Origin: the human T2T-CHM13v2.0 reference genome, Homo sapiens
NCBI RefSeq assembly: GCF_009914755.1
Contig: NC_060932.1
Length of the DNA: 64,000 nt
Direction: 5' to 3' (one strand)
The notes beneath the pieces are model-generated. The model was not told the origin of the DNA and did no database searches. It worked only from the letters and a program-made list of their open reading frames with translations. Both the position numbers and the translations under genes were made by a program. Positions 61,470 through 64,000 of this stretch are shown in pieces; the first letter of the stretch is position 1, and each line of letters opens with the position of its first letter.

Positions 61470-64000
61470 GAGTTTCTGCATCTGCCCAACTTGCAGAGAG
61501 CTGGAAGACCCTTGTTCCCCATTAGAACAAAATCAACCATGCTCACTTTAAATTCACGACTTTTTTTGAACCTACTGAACAACTGAGACAAGCATGGGCT
61601 GGCCAGACAGTGTGAAAGCTCTGGGGGCTGCAGAAATTGACTCTGTGTCTACTTGGAGACTCTTTCTCTACAAACCCCATTGGCTGCTCACAGGAAAGAT
61701 TAAGAAGAGCTCTAAGAAGCACCAGGGTGCGGACATTAGGGAGGACAAGAGCAAGAGAGCAAGAGAGGCAAGAAACTACTGCTGCTCTCAAGGCACCTGT
61801 GAAAACTCCTGGCAGCTGGTGGAAGGGAACAGAGGGAAATACTTTGCCTAGGGAAGGAGTAGTATTACACTGAGCCCAAAACTTTAGCCAGGGAAAAGGC
61901 AGAACTGAGAGAGCAGCACCCCCAAGCTCCAGATAAGCAATGCATGCCTAAAACCGAGGATTAATCAAAACAACAGACTACTTTCTGTAGCTCCAAGCTA
62001 AATTACAGCAGAATACCAATGGGAGGGAACAGAAGAACAAGAGTATTCAAATAGATCTTCTTTGAGGTGCAAAAGGAAGACCTAAAACTCAAGAGTTCAG
62101 CAGACAGACTCTGACCCTAAACAAAAGGTACCTCTAGCAGAGCAATTTCTAGCCTGTGGTACACTGAGAGTTACCATAGCAACAACAAATCTCAACCACA
62201 GGCAACCATATTCTTCTAGGCCATGAAACAAACCTCAACAAATTTAAAAGAATGAAAATCATACAAACTGTGTTCTCAGATCATAATGGAATGAAATTGA
62301 AAATCAATAACAGAAGGATATGTGGAAAATATTCAAATGTTTGGATATTTAAAAGATTATTCTAAGTAACCATGGGTCAAACAAGAAGTCTAAAAAAAAT
62401 TTAAGAAATACTTTGAACTAAATTCAAATTAAAATATAACACATCAAAATTTGTGGCCTGTAGTTAAAGTAGTGCTTAAACAGAAACTTATAGCATTAAA
62501 TGCTTATATTAGAAAATTTAAAAGTTAAGAATTAATAATTTAAGCTTTCACTTTAAGAAATGAGAAGAGCAAACTAAACCCAAAGAAATCAGAAGGTCAG
62601 AAATAAGATAAGTGCACAGAATAATGAAATTGAAAACAAAAGTCAGTAGAGAAAATCTATAAAAACAAAGTTAATACTTTAAAAACATTAAGAATATTGA
62701 TAAATCTTTAGCCAGATTGACAAAGGAAAAAAAAAGATGACACAAATTACCAACTTCAGGAAGAAAAGAGGATATTAGTACAAATCCCAAAAATATTAAA
62801 AGAAGAATAAAGGAATATTACAAAATTATTTGCACATACATTTGACAACCTGGTTGAAATGGGTCAATCCTTAAAAAATTCAAATTACCAAAATGAAGTA
62901 GATAACTTCAGTTGTGCTGATTCTATTCCATTAATTGAATCCCTGCTTTAAAAACTTTCAGGAAGAAATCTTCATGCCTAATATCTTCTCTAGTGAATTC
63001 TACCAAACATTGAAGGAAAAAATAATATAATTATATATCATCTTTTCCAGAAAACAGAAGAGGAGAGATGACTTCCCAACTCATTTTATGAAGCCAGCAT
63101 TACCCTAATACCAAATCTAGTCAAAAATATTATAAGGAAACTACAGACTAATAATCTTCATGAACATATATACACACACACACAAAATATTTAATACAAT
63201 GCTAGCTAATCAAGCCATTAATATATAAAAATGAAAATACATCAAAACCAAGTGTGGCTTATCCCAGGAATGTAAGACTAGTTTAGCATTCAATAATTTG
63301 TCAATGTGTGCACAACCTCCTGTGAATCCATAACTTACTTTTTAAAAAAAATTAAGGTTAAATTTAAAATAAAATAGAAACAAGCAGGAAAAAAACATTA
63401 ATGCCAATGCAGAAATTATTTGATGAAATTCAATAGTCCTTCAAAATTAAAACTCTGAGAAAACTAGGAACTGAAAGAAACTGTCTGAATCTGATAAAGG
63501 GCTTCTACTGCTAAAGGGCTTCATCATATTTGATGGTATAAAACTGAGTACTCTCCTCTACAGTTTGGAACAAGGCAAAGATGTCTTCTCTTACCAGTTA
63601 GACTCAACATTGTACTCAAAGTTCTAGCCATTGAAATACAGCAAGAAAACAAAAATTTTATATTTCAGAAAAGAATAAAATGGTCTCTGTTTTTAGACAA
63701 CAATACTGTCTGTATAGATCTCCCAAAAAATCTATACAGTTTCTAGAACTAATAAATGAGTTTAGCATGTTTGCAGAATACCTACATACAAATATCAATT
63801 ATATTTTATATACTCTCAATAAATAATAAGAATTGAACATTTTTAAAAGCAATAAAATGTATAATAACACCAAAGAGATACTTAAGTGTAACTAATATAA
63901 CATAGGCATGATTTTTCTGCTGAAAACCACATACAAATAATAATGAAAGAAATCAGAGACTTAAATAATAAAGATATACCATGTTCATGGTTTGAATCAT
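61470..64000 (+). mobile_element. Old L1M: 5' UTR-like part (~61470-62200) joined to decayed ORF2 (~62200-64000)
   Basis: ORF2 motifs acttcccaactcattttatgaagccagcattaccctaataccaaa and ggaacaaggcaaagatgt...ctcaacattgtactcaaagttctagcca; many stops. Confidence 0.85.

Noticed and set aside
62170-62183. X-box GTTACCATAGCAAC
   Set aside because: Lies within an old L1M 5' region and is probably inherited from the element

Overview
This is primate DNA (catarrhine, most likely human), not microbial. It is AT-rich and dominated by interspersed repeats: about 16 Alu/FLAM SINEs, many old L1M fragments, one L1PA7-like element, L2, MIR, MaLR elements (a full THE1D provirus, THE1B, MLT1), ERV LTRs (HERV-H LTR7, HML-5 LTR22, MER34/39) and DNA transposons (Tigger2a, Tigger3b, MER1B, MER5A, MER58A, Charlie, MER103). 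I recognise no intact protein-coding gene; the ORF track is almost all repeat-derived or chance. The only protein-derived sequence I recognise outside repeats is a heavily decayed RPL19 processed pseudogene (~56.3-56.9 kb). The main observations are: (1) a solo LTR22 with an apparent APOBEC3G-type GG>AG hypermutation signature, nested in a twin-primed L1PA7 that is itself in an older L1; (2) a solo LTR7 carrying the ACAAAAGA SOX2/3 motif; (3) a templated fold-back insertion inside the RPL19 retrocopy; (4) two compact candidate enhancers. I found no evidence of a new multi-gene system. Repeat subfamily names come from recalled consensus sequences, and boundaries of old elements are approximate.
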